Assembly (NCBI RefSeq): GCF_963506605.1
Contig: NC_083280.1
Location: 10,168,001-10,232,000 of the forward strand
Source: Zootoca vivipara
Lineage: Eukaryota
Direction of reading: 5' to 3'
Length of the DNA: 64,000 nucleotides
The notes under the pieces are model-generated. The model worked only from the letters and a program-made list of their open reading frames with translations, did no database searches and was not told the origin of the DNA. Each line of letters opens with the position of its first letter. The stretch's first letter is position 1. Position numbers and translations under genes: made by a program. This document shows positions 49,310 to 60,479 of the stretch, piece after piece.

Positions 49310-50699
49310 ACATCTAGAGGGTCACAGGTTCCAAAAGCCAGTTTTACTGTCAATTCTTCAAGGCCTCAGATGTCCCAATGTATGAGGTTTTGCTCACAGG
49401 GACAATGCATCATGTGCTTTGTAGTCAAGCCCTGCATATCAACACCTACAGCCACAATTCTGTATCCACTTACCTGTGAGTAAACCCATTGTACTCAATG
49501 GGACATACTTGAGTGGAAACATGTATGGAATTGAGCTGCAAATCTATCCATGCTAACTTAAAAGTAAATCTCAGTCAACATGAGCCAACCAATGTCAAGC
49601 ACTTCTATGTCCCTATGGAAAAACTCCTAAGCACATTTATTTATTTGTTTTATTTATTTATTTATTTATTTAAATTTCTATACTGCTTTAAATTTTTAAG
49701 AAAAATCTCAAAGCGGTTTACAGCATATTAATTCAATAAAACATAAATAAAACAATCTGAAGAAAGTCTAATATAGAGTATACAGTCAAAGCAACATAAC
49801 AGAAAACTAAAATATTTTCTTAAAGATTTCAAAATAAAACTTGCTTCTGTCTCCCATGGAAATCTATGGGACTTTGAGATCAAAATCTGATTGCAATTAA
49901 ATCCATCCAAGCTAACTTTACAATGATATATCCTCTCAATGAATTTTTTTCTGGAAGCTATGTTGGTTCAGGTAGCCTAACAGCATAGTACAAACACTGG
50001 AATTGACCTGAGTTAGCTGTGCTGATGCCAACCAACAGAGCAGCACCATCTACAACAGAATTAAATCAAATTTACTGGATTATACATGACTTTCCTGGCA
50101 ACTCAGCTCAAACTACCGTCGTTCAGATTAAGTATTTAGATTTGAAAACAATTTAGTGCCATCTGGGGACTAAAACCTTGAAATAAGTTTTAGTTCTTAA
50201 AAGAATTTGGCCTACGTGCACTGTGAATCAGAATGCTTTCACTTTGAATCCAACTTTAAATCCAACCCAATTGTTGGAAATACTACCTGCTGTATTTAAT
50301 AGGCCTTACTACCGGTACCTAGTGTCCTTAGAAAGAGCTGCAGACTTGCTTTTGTTTATACTGTAGCAGGGTTGGGGAGCTTATTGTCCTCTGGGTGTTG
50401 CTGAACTCCAATTGCCTTCAACCCCTGCCAGCCTGGCCAATGGTGAAGGATGATGGGAGCCACAGTATAGCAATATCTAGAGGGCCACATCCCTGCAGCT
50501 ATCTGCACATTTACCTGGGGAAATGTCCTAATGAATAGAGGGGCTTACTTTCCAACACAGTCAGAGACTGGTTTGTTAGCAAATTTCTCAAGAGCATGAC
50601 ATTATCTCTCTCTTCCACCTCCCCCAGGGGGTGAGGAGGAATCACTGAAACAAACTGGATTTGATCCAATTGCAGACTACAGGAGAATAAGACTTGATA

Positions 50700-50900
50700 C
50701 AGTGGTATCTCGGGTTAAGAACTTAATTTGTTCTGGAGGTCCATTCTTAACCTGAGGTACCACTTTAACTTATGGGGCCTCCCACTGCCGGCACCACATG
50801 ATTTCTGTTCTCATCCTGAAGCAAAGTTCTTAACCTGAGGTACTATTTCTGCGTTAGCAGAGTCTGTAACCTGAAGCATCTGTAACCCGAGGTACCACTG
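50700..50900. mobile_element. Tc1/mariner MITE, family A
   Basis: TIR CAGTGGTATCTCGGGTTA / TAACCCGAGGTACCACTG, TA TSD. Confidence 0.9.
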
Positions 50901-51181
50901 TATTCTTATGTGGCAGAACTAGAAATACTACTACTGTACTACTAATTATGCTAATGCTGATGATATTAATAGTAGCCATCCCAAGGACAATTTTTATTTT
51001 TCATGTGAAGGCAGTTTCCCGACACTGCAAACCTATACACCTTTACCTGGAAGTAAGACTCACTGAGTGGGGCTCACTTCTCAATGGGCACACATAGAGT
51101 TGTTCATGCATTTATATAATAAACTGTGGAAAAGTTTTTTTGTGTGTGTATCTTTGTGTATGATTTGCCAAGCGTGGGGGC

Positions 51182-51388
51182 CATAGGAGCCAACTCTTAG
51201 GAGCCAAGGTCCCTTCACACACACCCCTCCATAAAATATTTGATTGGGCCAGAGCCTTCCCTCCCCTCAAAGTGGGAAAGCATTCCCATTTGAATGGTGT
51301 GCATGTATCACATCTTGTGATCAATCCTGCAGGGTGGGGCTTACCTGGGCCTCCCCAATATTTAATGCAAGTTGGCTTGGCACCCCTG
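51182..51388. mobile_element. hAT-like element, same family as 3871-4064
   Basis: CATAGGAGCCAACTC...AATATTTGA...TTGTGATCA...TTGGCACCCCTG colinear with 3871; no TSD seen. Confidence 0.6.
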
Positions 51389-53908
51389 CACCGGGTAAGG
51401 GGGCCTCAAGCATTTCAGTTTTCATGGGACCAGTTAACCTCCCTGTTCCAAAGTCTCCCACTTTTGAAAGCGAAAGAGATACAGGCAAGTGAAGACGTGA
51501 TCAAAAAGGAGACACTAGACTAGAGCCAAACAGGCCCTGAGGGAAAACCCTACTGAGCAATGCCTTCTAGGGCTACAGAGAATAAACTGACCAGTCGCGG
51601 GGCAAAGTAACAAACGCCTCTTGGTCGCGCTTGGGTATTATTTTTTCCAGGCAGGGTCAAACTCCTTTGGGCTCCGCAATCCTCCGCTTTTGAGTGAGGA
51701 CCGATTAACGCTTCTGTACATTAATGCCTGCGCCAACCTCGAATCCCCTCCCCTTGTTTCTCACCACTCTCCTGTTCTCTCGGGAGGGGGAAGCAGGCCA
51801 GCGGAAAATTGCAACCCCCTCCCTTCAATCCTCAGAGCTGCGCTAATCCGAAAACTCAAGTGCCCGTAAGTAAAACTTCAGGGGGGGAAAGTGATTGAAA
51901 CTGACAAATACAGGGTGACAAATAATCAATAAAAGCCCAGTTCGACATCCTTCATTGTTTTCAGGCACTAACGGCAAGTAATGAAACCTCTGCTGGAAGG
52001 GAGAAGGAGAAGGCGGCGGGCAGGCAGGGGGGCGCCCCCCACTTGGAGACCTTCTGCGGGGGAGCCCCCGGCTCCAGAAGCCGGATTAATGGCCTCACCT
52101 CATAGGCAGATCTGGTCTTCTCATCAACCTTAATTAAAATCATTTTTAAAATTTCGGGGCTCTGCCTTCAGTGTGGGGGAAAACAGAGAGGTTGGCTGCG
52201 GGCTTCCTTTGGGTAACGAATCGCTTTTTAATTGGGGTGGGTCACTCCCCTCCCTCCAATTTCTTGTTGACTAACAAGCAGGTGATTCGTAACATCCTAA
52301 TGGTGGTCACCTTGTAGCAGAGCGCGGAAGTGTGGAAATAGGTTTTTAAACAAAAAGCAATCGGGTCAGTTCTGCGCAAACGAAAAGGAGCAGCGAAAAA
52401 CTCCCCACGCCCGTTGTGTTTAGGGTTAGGTAGGAGTCGACTCTCAGCTTGGTTGACTTTGCTTATTTGTTTCGTTTGAGCCCCCGGCTTTTCAACCAAG
52501 ATGGGCTTACAGTGAAAATCTGCGCAGAGGTATAATATCATTGGGGACACGTGTTGGTGGGAGAGGCTCTCCCTTCCGGCCCCAAAGAGTTGGCGCTGCA
52601 AAGCAGACTCCGGGCACTTCCCTCCCAAGCTGGAGGGGGCCCAGGAAGCCACAGCTGAGCTCAGGGACTGGCTGATGGGTAAGGGTGCCAGCCCACAGAA
52701 GCAACCCTAAAAGTCATGCTCGGGGAAGACCTCCCTGAAATTAATGGGTTTAAGTTAGTCATGGGTGTACTCTGAGCAGAATTAACAATACACACACACC
52801 CTCTCTATGTCCATTACTTGGAGGTAGGTTTCACTGAAATAATTGAATTGCTTTTAAGAGTATAGGATTTAGGATCCAAGTGTCACCGATTCTCTGTCAC
52901 GAAGGGTGAGATCCCTCCTCAAGCGCCTTACTAAGGAGTTAAGAAGCATATTCAGCGGATGAAAGGTAAAACGTGCAAGTGCACAAACAATTCGTATGCG
53001 AACACGCGTGTCGTATAACATCGCTAATGCCACACGTCGTGTTTATCCAGAAGGATAGGAAAGGCAGTTTTGCACGTCCTTTACGCCCTTTTCTAAATGT
53101 TATTGCATTAGAAGCAGATCTTATTGAGTCAACGAAACTTCTTTGGAAATAATAAGCGCTTGTATATGGATGTTTCAGGCTGCAACCTTGTGCCCCTTAA
53201 CCCGGGAGTAAGCGACACAGAAAGTAGCGGGACTTACTTCCAAATCAACGCGTTTGTCTGTGTATTCCGTTTGCTCTCTCCCCCTTCCTCTCTCACACAC
53301 ATGCGAATAGGGCGTTAGACAAAAATGACGCCACAATCCTATACACGAACAAACCCCACGAGTCTGGAACCCAACCAGCTCAGCAAACATAGGCCGGGCA
53401 CGTTAGCATCTTAAAGCCGAGGTCTTAAATACACCTGAAGGAGCTATGGCTTGCAATAAGGTGTATTGTTCAGGATTCTGCTGCACAAGCGACTGGCCAT
53501 CTAAGCTTTTCGCTTTGCCGGGGGTGTTGTAAGTCAATTCCTTGTTTATCACCAACTCGGAATGTCCTGCAGTCCTGAAATAAACTCGCTTCGACTTTGC
53601 TTAGCCCTAGTCAGTGGGTTGTGATTCCCCACCTACTTATAGGGCTTTGCCTGCTTTTCGCAACTCGCTCCCAACACCCTTTTAAAAAATCATATTTGTC
53701 AACCCACGTCCCATTATCCAGCTGAAATCTTGCTGGGTCCATCTTGTCCACGGTCTCGCCAGGAAGGCCTTGAGAAACAAGATACTGTAGAGCAAGAAGG
53801 AGAGAGCCATTGCGAGTGCTTGGTCCCTCTGTCTGCCCATCCTATGGAAAGGGACAGGCAGAAGCACACTTGCCCTGTGCACAGGGATGCCCATATAAGA
53901 TGCTAGAT

Positions 53909-54044
53909 CAGGCATCCCCAAACTGCGGCCCTCCAGATGTTTTGGCCTACAACTCCCATGATCCCTAGCTAACAGGACCAGTGGTCGGGGAAGATGGGAA
54001 TTGTAGTCCAAAACATCTGGAGGGCCGAAGTCTGGGGATGCCTG
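53909..54044. mobile_element. hAT palindromic MITE (3424 family)
   Basis: CAGGCATCCCCAAACT / AGTCTGGGGATGCCTG; perfect TSD TGCTAGAT (53901-53908, 54045-54052). Confidence 0.92.
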
Positions 54045-54374
54045 TGCTAGATGATACGAATGTATCAACCGGATATAAGTCATTGAGCTGAGCTCCGCAC
54101 CTGTACAGCGATTCACACGTAACGTTCAAGAGTGCACAGTCTGTGTACCTGTGGACACAATAGCGGAACCTTACAGATCAAATGAACGTTCTTTCACACA
54201 AACACTTGTACGTGTCTACAGACCACTTGCATCTTGTGTTCAGTGTGATGCGGGAACAGGCCTCATACAAACCTTAGAAACGTATCAGGCTTGGAAAAGG
54301 CAAGTTCCATAAGAGCAGCCTTCCTACTCAGATGCGCTGCTCTTCGGAAACCAATTGCTGGGGTGCGATTAGAT

Positions 54375-54510
54375 GACGCATAGGCAAACTCGGCCCTCCA
54401 GATGTTTTGGGACTACAATTCCCATCATCCCTGACCACTGTTCCTGTTAGCTAGGGATTATGGGAGTTGTAGTCCCAAAACATCTGGAGGGCCAAGTTTG
54501 CCTATGCCTG
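54375..54510. mobile_element. hAT palindromic MITE (3424 family, variant TIR)
   Basis: GACGCATAGGCAAACT / AGTTTGCCTATGCCTG; perfect TSD GATTAGAT (54367-54374, 54511-54518). Confidence 0.92.
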
Positions 54511-56494
54511 GATTAGATGCTAGATGAGTTTTATTTCCGCATCAACCTTATCGAATGGAGGAGCCAGTGCCAGCCTGCTGTCAAAATATGGCCAATGCCA
54601 CCTTGTAGGGAACTGAGCCTGCGCAACCATCTTCAGCCCTCGGGGACGCATATTATGGGTGGTGCCCAGGCCCACTCAAGCCACAGAGAATATTCCCCCT
54701 CACACCTATGGGGTCCCGATTGCTCCTACAGCCTCCCCACCCACACCCCCTGGGCAGCGCTTAGTCGAGACGGTTTTTGTCTTTCCGGGCGCCTGCTCGC
54801 CTTGACCTCTTGCTTCAAGGCGGTTGTCTGGCCAGGTCAGGCGGGAAGCAGACGCTGCCTGGACCCGTTCGGCGACCGGCTCGGGAGTGTCTCTCCGCAT
54901 TAAAATCTGATCGATCAGGTTCCAGGGCCTACAGGAAGTGGAGTCGCTTCTCTGAGAGGCTGACTTGTCCAAACGGCAGCTTCTGGGGCTGCGCCGATGA
55001 AGCGCACTGTCACATAATCGATAAGGAGAGCTCAGCTGTCACGGATCCGAAAGGGGCTTCCGACGCCAGCAGTAACGTAATTTGGCACCTTCAAGTTTGG
55101 GGATGGGCAGCCTGGGCTACTAAGACGATGCGAGGAAAGAGACGGGCAGGGGCCAGAGGAGTGAGTGGGTGGCGGCAGCAACCCAGGAGTCGGAAGGGCT
55201 CCGGTTTGGCATTTTTGTTCAGATTCCTCTCCCTCGGGCGCACATTTTCAGCTCCACGATTTGGGGAGGGGGGAGAGAGAGAGAGCTGATCCCTTACCGC
55301 CAACAGTTTGCTGTTGTCATCCTGCCCCACTGTGCTCCAGGGCATCTCCAATATGTCTCGATTCAATTCCATGCCGAAGGCTGAAGAGCTCCTTGCATCT
55401 CCAATGGTTTGGCAACCTGGACAGAAAGTTCAGAAAGTACAGAAAGTATTGTGAGACCACCACTTAAAACAGAAACTGATCGTCCCCCTCCTCCTCCTCT
55501 CGCAATGGCAAATGCATGTTTTCGGAAGTGATTCTGATGGAATTTACTTCCAAGTAAGGCTGTGATTCTAACACAGTTACAAGAACGAAGTCAAAGAAGA
55601 TTGCTAAGGATCGAAGGAGCAGTCCGTGGGCCACACCTGGATCCTGGAACCAGTGATCCAATAGACGGAGCTTCCAGGAACATGTGTGTAAAAAGGACCT
55701 CATGGGGGAGTGTTAAAATAAGATTGCAACTCCCCACCCTTGCGCATCAGTCCAGGGCGGGAATATATAAACACCATTTGCAGAAGAGCAGAGATTATAT
55801 GGCTTAGTTTTTATTAACAACGCTAGAGCTACAGTAGTGAGGAAGTCTGCACCTGTTGGATTTATCCCTGTCACGTAGCAGTTAAAGGTATAAAAACCCT
55901 GCGAAGTAGTGGAGACATTCTTTAAAGAATTTGGAGGTGTAGTTCGCGTTGGTTTTAGCCCTGCGCCCGATCCCAAGACTTAGGGGAGAAGCTGACCGCT
56001 TGACCTACAACTGAATTAAACCGAAGCCTTAGATAGAAATCAGTGGGCCTTCAAGAGAGTAAATGTGCAGCGCCCAATCAACATACTTCGGAATAAATTC
56101 CGCCGACTTTAAACTTCCAGAATAAATATTGTTGGAGAGATGCGAAAATACAGTATTTGGATTTGAGCTAATGACTCTTGGATGATTTGTCAACGTCCCC
56201 TGCAGTGACTTTTTTCCTGAACTTTATTTTGAATAAGAAACCGGCAATAGCGTGTTCGTGTACACGGCTTAGCGAGGGAATGTTTCAGCTTCGGTGTAAG
56301 GTTGCTGCCTTTGAAATTGTGATCCGGTTAGCTTGTGGAAAGGGATCTTAGTTAATTCATAGTTAATGCGCAGCGTTCAGCGGGCACCTGGCTGTTGTTG
56401 TTCTCTGAATATTTAAAAGCACCCGTGTTCGATGATAAATTTATGAAAAACGAAGTGAACCTGGGGCTAGGAAAAGAAGGCTGCCAGGAAAGCC

Positions 56495-56575
56495 GAGTTT
56501 CTGATTGGTCGGGGAAGGGACTTCCGGGACTGGATTGGCTTATGCCTATGCCGGGAGTTACTATTGGATAATCTC
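56495..56575. promoter_or_regulatory. Candidate NF-Y/ETS promoter-like module
   Basis: ATTGG at 56504, 56534 and 56563 (30- and 29-bp spacing) with ACTTCCGG at 56520-56527. Confidence 0.45.
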
Positions 56576-56694
56576 ATTGCCTGCGTCTTCTGCAGTGCTC
56601 TCCATAGAGCAGAAGGCGACGTTCTCCTAAAGGGTGGGTTGCTCACGGGAGGGTACTTCCCCAATAGTTCAACATCTGCGCTAGATCTCTGAGT

Positions 56695-56784
56695 CATAGC
56701 TGCCAAGTTTTCCCTTTTCTCGCGAGGAAGCCTATTCAGCATAAGGGAAAATCCCTTAAAAAAAGGGATAACTTGGCAGCTATG
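56695..56784. mobile_element. 90-bp hAT MITE (inverted relative to 18982 copy)
   Basis: Perfect TIR CATAGCTGCCAAGTT / AACTTGGCAGCTATG; perfect TSD CTCTGAGT (56687-56694, 56785-56792). Confidence 0.93.
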
Positions 56785-58699
56785 CTCTGAGTATTTTCCC
56801 GACAAAGTGTCAAATGCTCCTATATAGCACTAAAAATGTTTAAACGCCGGGGCTTTAAATATCTGATTGAGGGGTCCTACTATTATGCACTTGTCTAAGG
56901 CTGGCTTCTTAAAGATGCCCGCCGTGAGCTCCATTAGAACCTTGGATCAGTGCTTCCTTCCGTCCTTTCTGCGGGAGACTCGCCAAAGGCCGAGCCCGAG
57001 AGATTTCACACATCCATGCCCAGGAGCTCTGCCCCAGCGTCGCAACACTGACTGACTGACTCAGTAGAAAAAAAATACAACTATTGCGTTTTGAAGTTAT
57101 GTGTGGTGTTTGATCTATGACGGTCCTTTCACGCGTGCTGGCCGTCACTTGATGTTGCAGACAAGGCGTCGACTTATCCTGAGTTGCCACCGGTGGCACA
57201 ATCTTTGTCTCCCGCTTCACATGGAGGGGAAGGGACCGAATGTCTCTTATATTGTTCATCAGTTTAGCGTTTTCCTGCTGTGTTTTACGGATGGATGGGC
57301 TGAGGAGGCTAAAGCTCCAAATAAATATGAAATACCCTCATATTAATATTTTTTTAAAGGATCCAAGCACCTTGTGCCTGAAGAGAAATCTCGCAAAGGA
57401 TACATGGCTGCACTTCCCTTTTTAAGTTCAAATTAGGAAACACTGTCAGATGAAAGGGCAGCTTCCCTTTGGTGGAACTGCAGCTTCATTTGATCATATC
57501 TTTATTTGAGTGTTGCCTGAACAATAGGAACCTGAAGGGAAAGAATGAAGAAATTGCGTTGCAGTTGATCCTTTGATTTTGACAGAGGGAAACTGTTGCG
57601 CGTTTATCAGATTAGAACTGTCCAGAAGTGTGTGTGTGTGCGCGCGCGCGCATTATATACATACAGTATAACATATAGTAAAACTAATCAGGCGACTGGG
57701 GGTTGTGTGCACGCACGTCCACGGGCGCGCGGAAGAGTGCTCTTAAGTACCACAGCTCCTTCAATCCCCATCTGGATAAGATTCAAGTCTCTCCCTCGGC
57801 TTACAGTAATATACTCTGCCAACCTTGAGGCTCTTCCCCCCTCCCCCCCTTACAAAAAAAGAAAAAGAGGGATTTAATGAGGCCGAGCTTAGACCCTTCT
57901 ATAATTTAGAGGATTCGCCAGAGCTGTAAAATGACAATGGGGACATGTGTAGTGCAAGAGAGGTGAAATCCCATCCAGGGACAAAGTTGCTTATTTCTGA
58001 AGGAGCTGTCATTTCCAGCAGGGGGGACACAATGGAAGGGCCAGGAGGGACGGAGCTCTGATCTCCACCTCGGAGAGAGATAACCACCTGATTAAAATGG
58101 GCCTCTTGTTCTCTCGGTTACTCGATCGTCGTGTGAACTTGCCTTACTTACTATTCTGGGCAAAGACGACTCAGTCTCCCCAGATTTCAATGCCCTGAGA
58201 ACTCCCCTCCCTCCGCTTTCTCTCTCTCTCTCGCCGCTTCGCTTCGCTTTTCCTTGGAGCATCAGCACGGCCAGTTCTTAGGCAGCCGACACTTAGGTCT
58301 AGGAGGATTCATGGGTCACGAAAAACGCCGGGGGCTTTAGGAGCACATAAAAGTTCCGCACAGCTATGGCGCATCTATTATCACACCCACACCCACAATG
58401 GGACGGGAAAGATCCGCCCCTTTGCCATACTTTTTACCTTTTGACGGCTTGGGTCACACATAAGGCATTAAGGCTGGCTGCTCACATGCTACTTAAATCT
58501 GTGCACTTGCATGGGAGAGGTATGTACAGTTGGATTTTGAGCGTATTTATCGAGTTTGGTTGGGATTTACTTCCTAATAAGTGTGTTCAGAGTTGCAGCC
58601 TTGCACTGGGACACCCCATACAAAAACTTCACCAGACATTTCAAGGGCACCCTGGATAAATGACGGGAGGATTGCTCCTGAGTTGCTCCGAGGTTCTTG

Positions 58700-58802
58700 G
58701 CTTATTTCACGTATAGAAGGGTGGTCATCTGTCATGTCTGATCTAGGAGGCTGGACTAGATGACCCTTGGGGTCCCTTCCAACTCCACAATTCTATGATT
58801 CT
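58700..58802 (+). mobile_element. CR1 LINE 3' terminus
   Basis: GGACTAGATGACCCTTGGGGTCCCTTCCAACTCCACAATTCTATGATTCT, the canonical CR1 3' end with the ATTCTRTG repeat. Confidence 0.85.
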
Positions 58803-59464
58803 AGTTATTTCAGATATCTGGGTTCCTAACCACGCTTCATTGGATTTAATGGTTGTAACTCCCAAGTAAACACGTTTATAGCCAACGCCTCTGCCTAATT
58901 ATTCCCATCAGTCCTATGCGTATTTACGCAGAAGATCAACCCCATTGAGTCTCAAGTAAAGGTACGCGGGATTGTGGCCTTCTTAACTAGGAAGAAAGTA
59001 CCACAAGTTCCCTATTTGACATATTTGGATCTGATTTTTTTCTTGAAAAGAAGTGGGACTGACTTCAGCAGCAGTACCGTTTGTAGAACTGCGTCCATAC
59101 AGGCCAATTCTAAACACGTTTCTGCAGCAGTATATCCTGTTGACTATGACTCAGTTATAATTCAGGTGCTTCTGTTGAATAAGATTGGAGGCCTATCTAC
59201 AAACTTGCTATTCAAGTATTAAGCGCTGTCGACTGCTTTGTAGATAAGTATTTTATCTGAAATTTGCTGAGCAAAGCAGATCCTACCCACCCACCCCGGT
59301 ACTTTTAATAGATTCGGATCCCACTCCAGTTCAGGCAATTAATTCAGAAAAAGAGATTGAAATATGCACCCTGATCTCCTCTGCCTCGCCTCTATTTATA
59401 GGATTCTGGTGCCCGCTTGTTTCTCATTCCCGTCGCCCTAAAGGGCTAAATTTTATGTAAAGAT

Positions 59465-59522
59465 GGGAAATAATAATAAATTTATTATTTATACCTCGTT
59501 CATCTGGCTGGGTTTCCCCACA
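59465..59522 (-). mobile_element. L2 3' terminal remnant
   Basis: AATAATAATAAATTTATTATTTATACC...CATCTGGCTGGGTTTCCCCA is the reverse of the 23335 terminus. Confidence 0.7.
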
Positions 59523-60479
59523 ATTTTCCCACCGACGGCTGTCCTAGCCAAATTAGCAAGAAATCCCTATAGATCCTAAATAGTTATTTGGTTTTGGATC
59601 TCAGGACTTCCCTTTGCAAGGAAGCCAGCCAGACTCGCCCACTGCTGAGAACTGGTTGGCCCGGGCGGAGCGGGAGGAAATAACACCCCCCCCCAATCAA
59701 CAAGTTCCCAAAGGAATAAAATATTATTTCCCTTTGGTGACATTTCCCCGTCCCTCTCCCAGCTCCCCCCCCCGTCTCTTTTCCTCTCGACTAGCTTATC
59801 TGCCCTAATTCTTTGACAACCCGATCCTAAACACAACGTTTCCTGTGAAAGGAAGCGCCTTGATTTCAGTAGAAGTTAATTTCAGCTAAAGGCGTTTAGG
59901 ATCACTGTTTTAGCCGCCGATCTTTCTCTTCCCCTCTCCACAACAGGTGTCTCTGAAAGTCGCAACTAGCATTTTCGCCCCTTCTTCCTTTGGAGGCTCT
60001 TATTTAAACAGGCCGGGGGCAAATAGACGGCAACATTTCAGACCGTTTCTTTTGAAAAAATATATATAGTTGTGCGCATTAAAGTTAGAAAGCAGGGGGA
60101 GTGGAAAAACTTAATCCACTCTGCCAGCCCTGATGGTGAAGCTGAAGGATTTATCTGGTCCGTCTTCTTTCTCCATCTACTCCCAAATCAGTGAGCACTT
60201 AAAGACATTTCCTTGAGAAACCAGCCTGTTGGCACTCAGTGGGGTTTTCTTGCAAGTAAAAGGTTTGTAAGATTTCGGCATAAGTCGGCTTAAATTCTAA
60301 TATTGCATGTGTGGTGGTGGGGCTCTTTTCGTTGACTGACCTGTGTTTGAGCAGGAGAGGAAAATACTTTTGACAAAAGCAGGTGTGTTGTATAGGCGAT
60401 ATATATATTAGGGAATATCCCAAATATTTATGACAGAATCCAGATAGAAAGATCTTCTGCCCCCCTGAATGCGTTTTGC

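Noticed and set aside
54777-55289. 170-aa ORF in the CpG-rich zone
   Set aside because: No recognisable domain; overlapping ORFs in several frames reflect GC-rich, stop-poor sequence.
53740-58275. REST/RE1-like half sites (TGTCCACGGT at ~53746, TCAGCAC at ~58262)
   Set aside because: Only half sites; no full 21-bp RE1 match.
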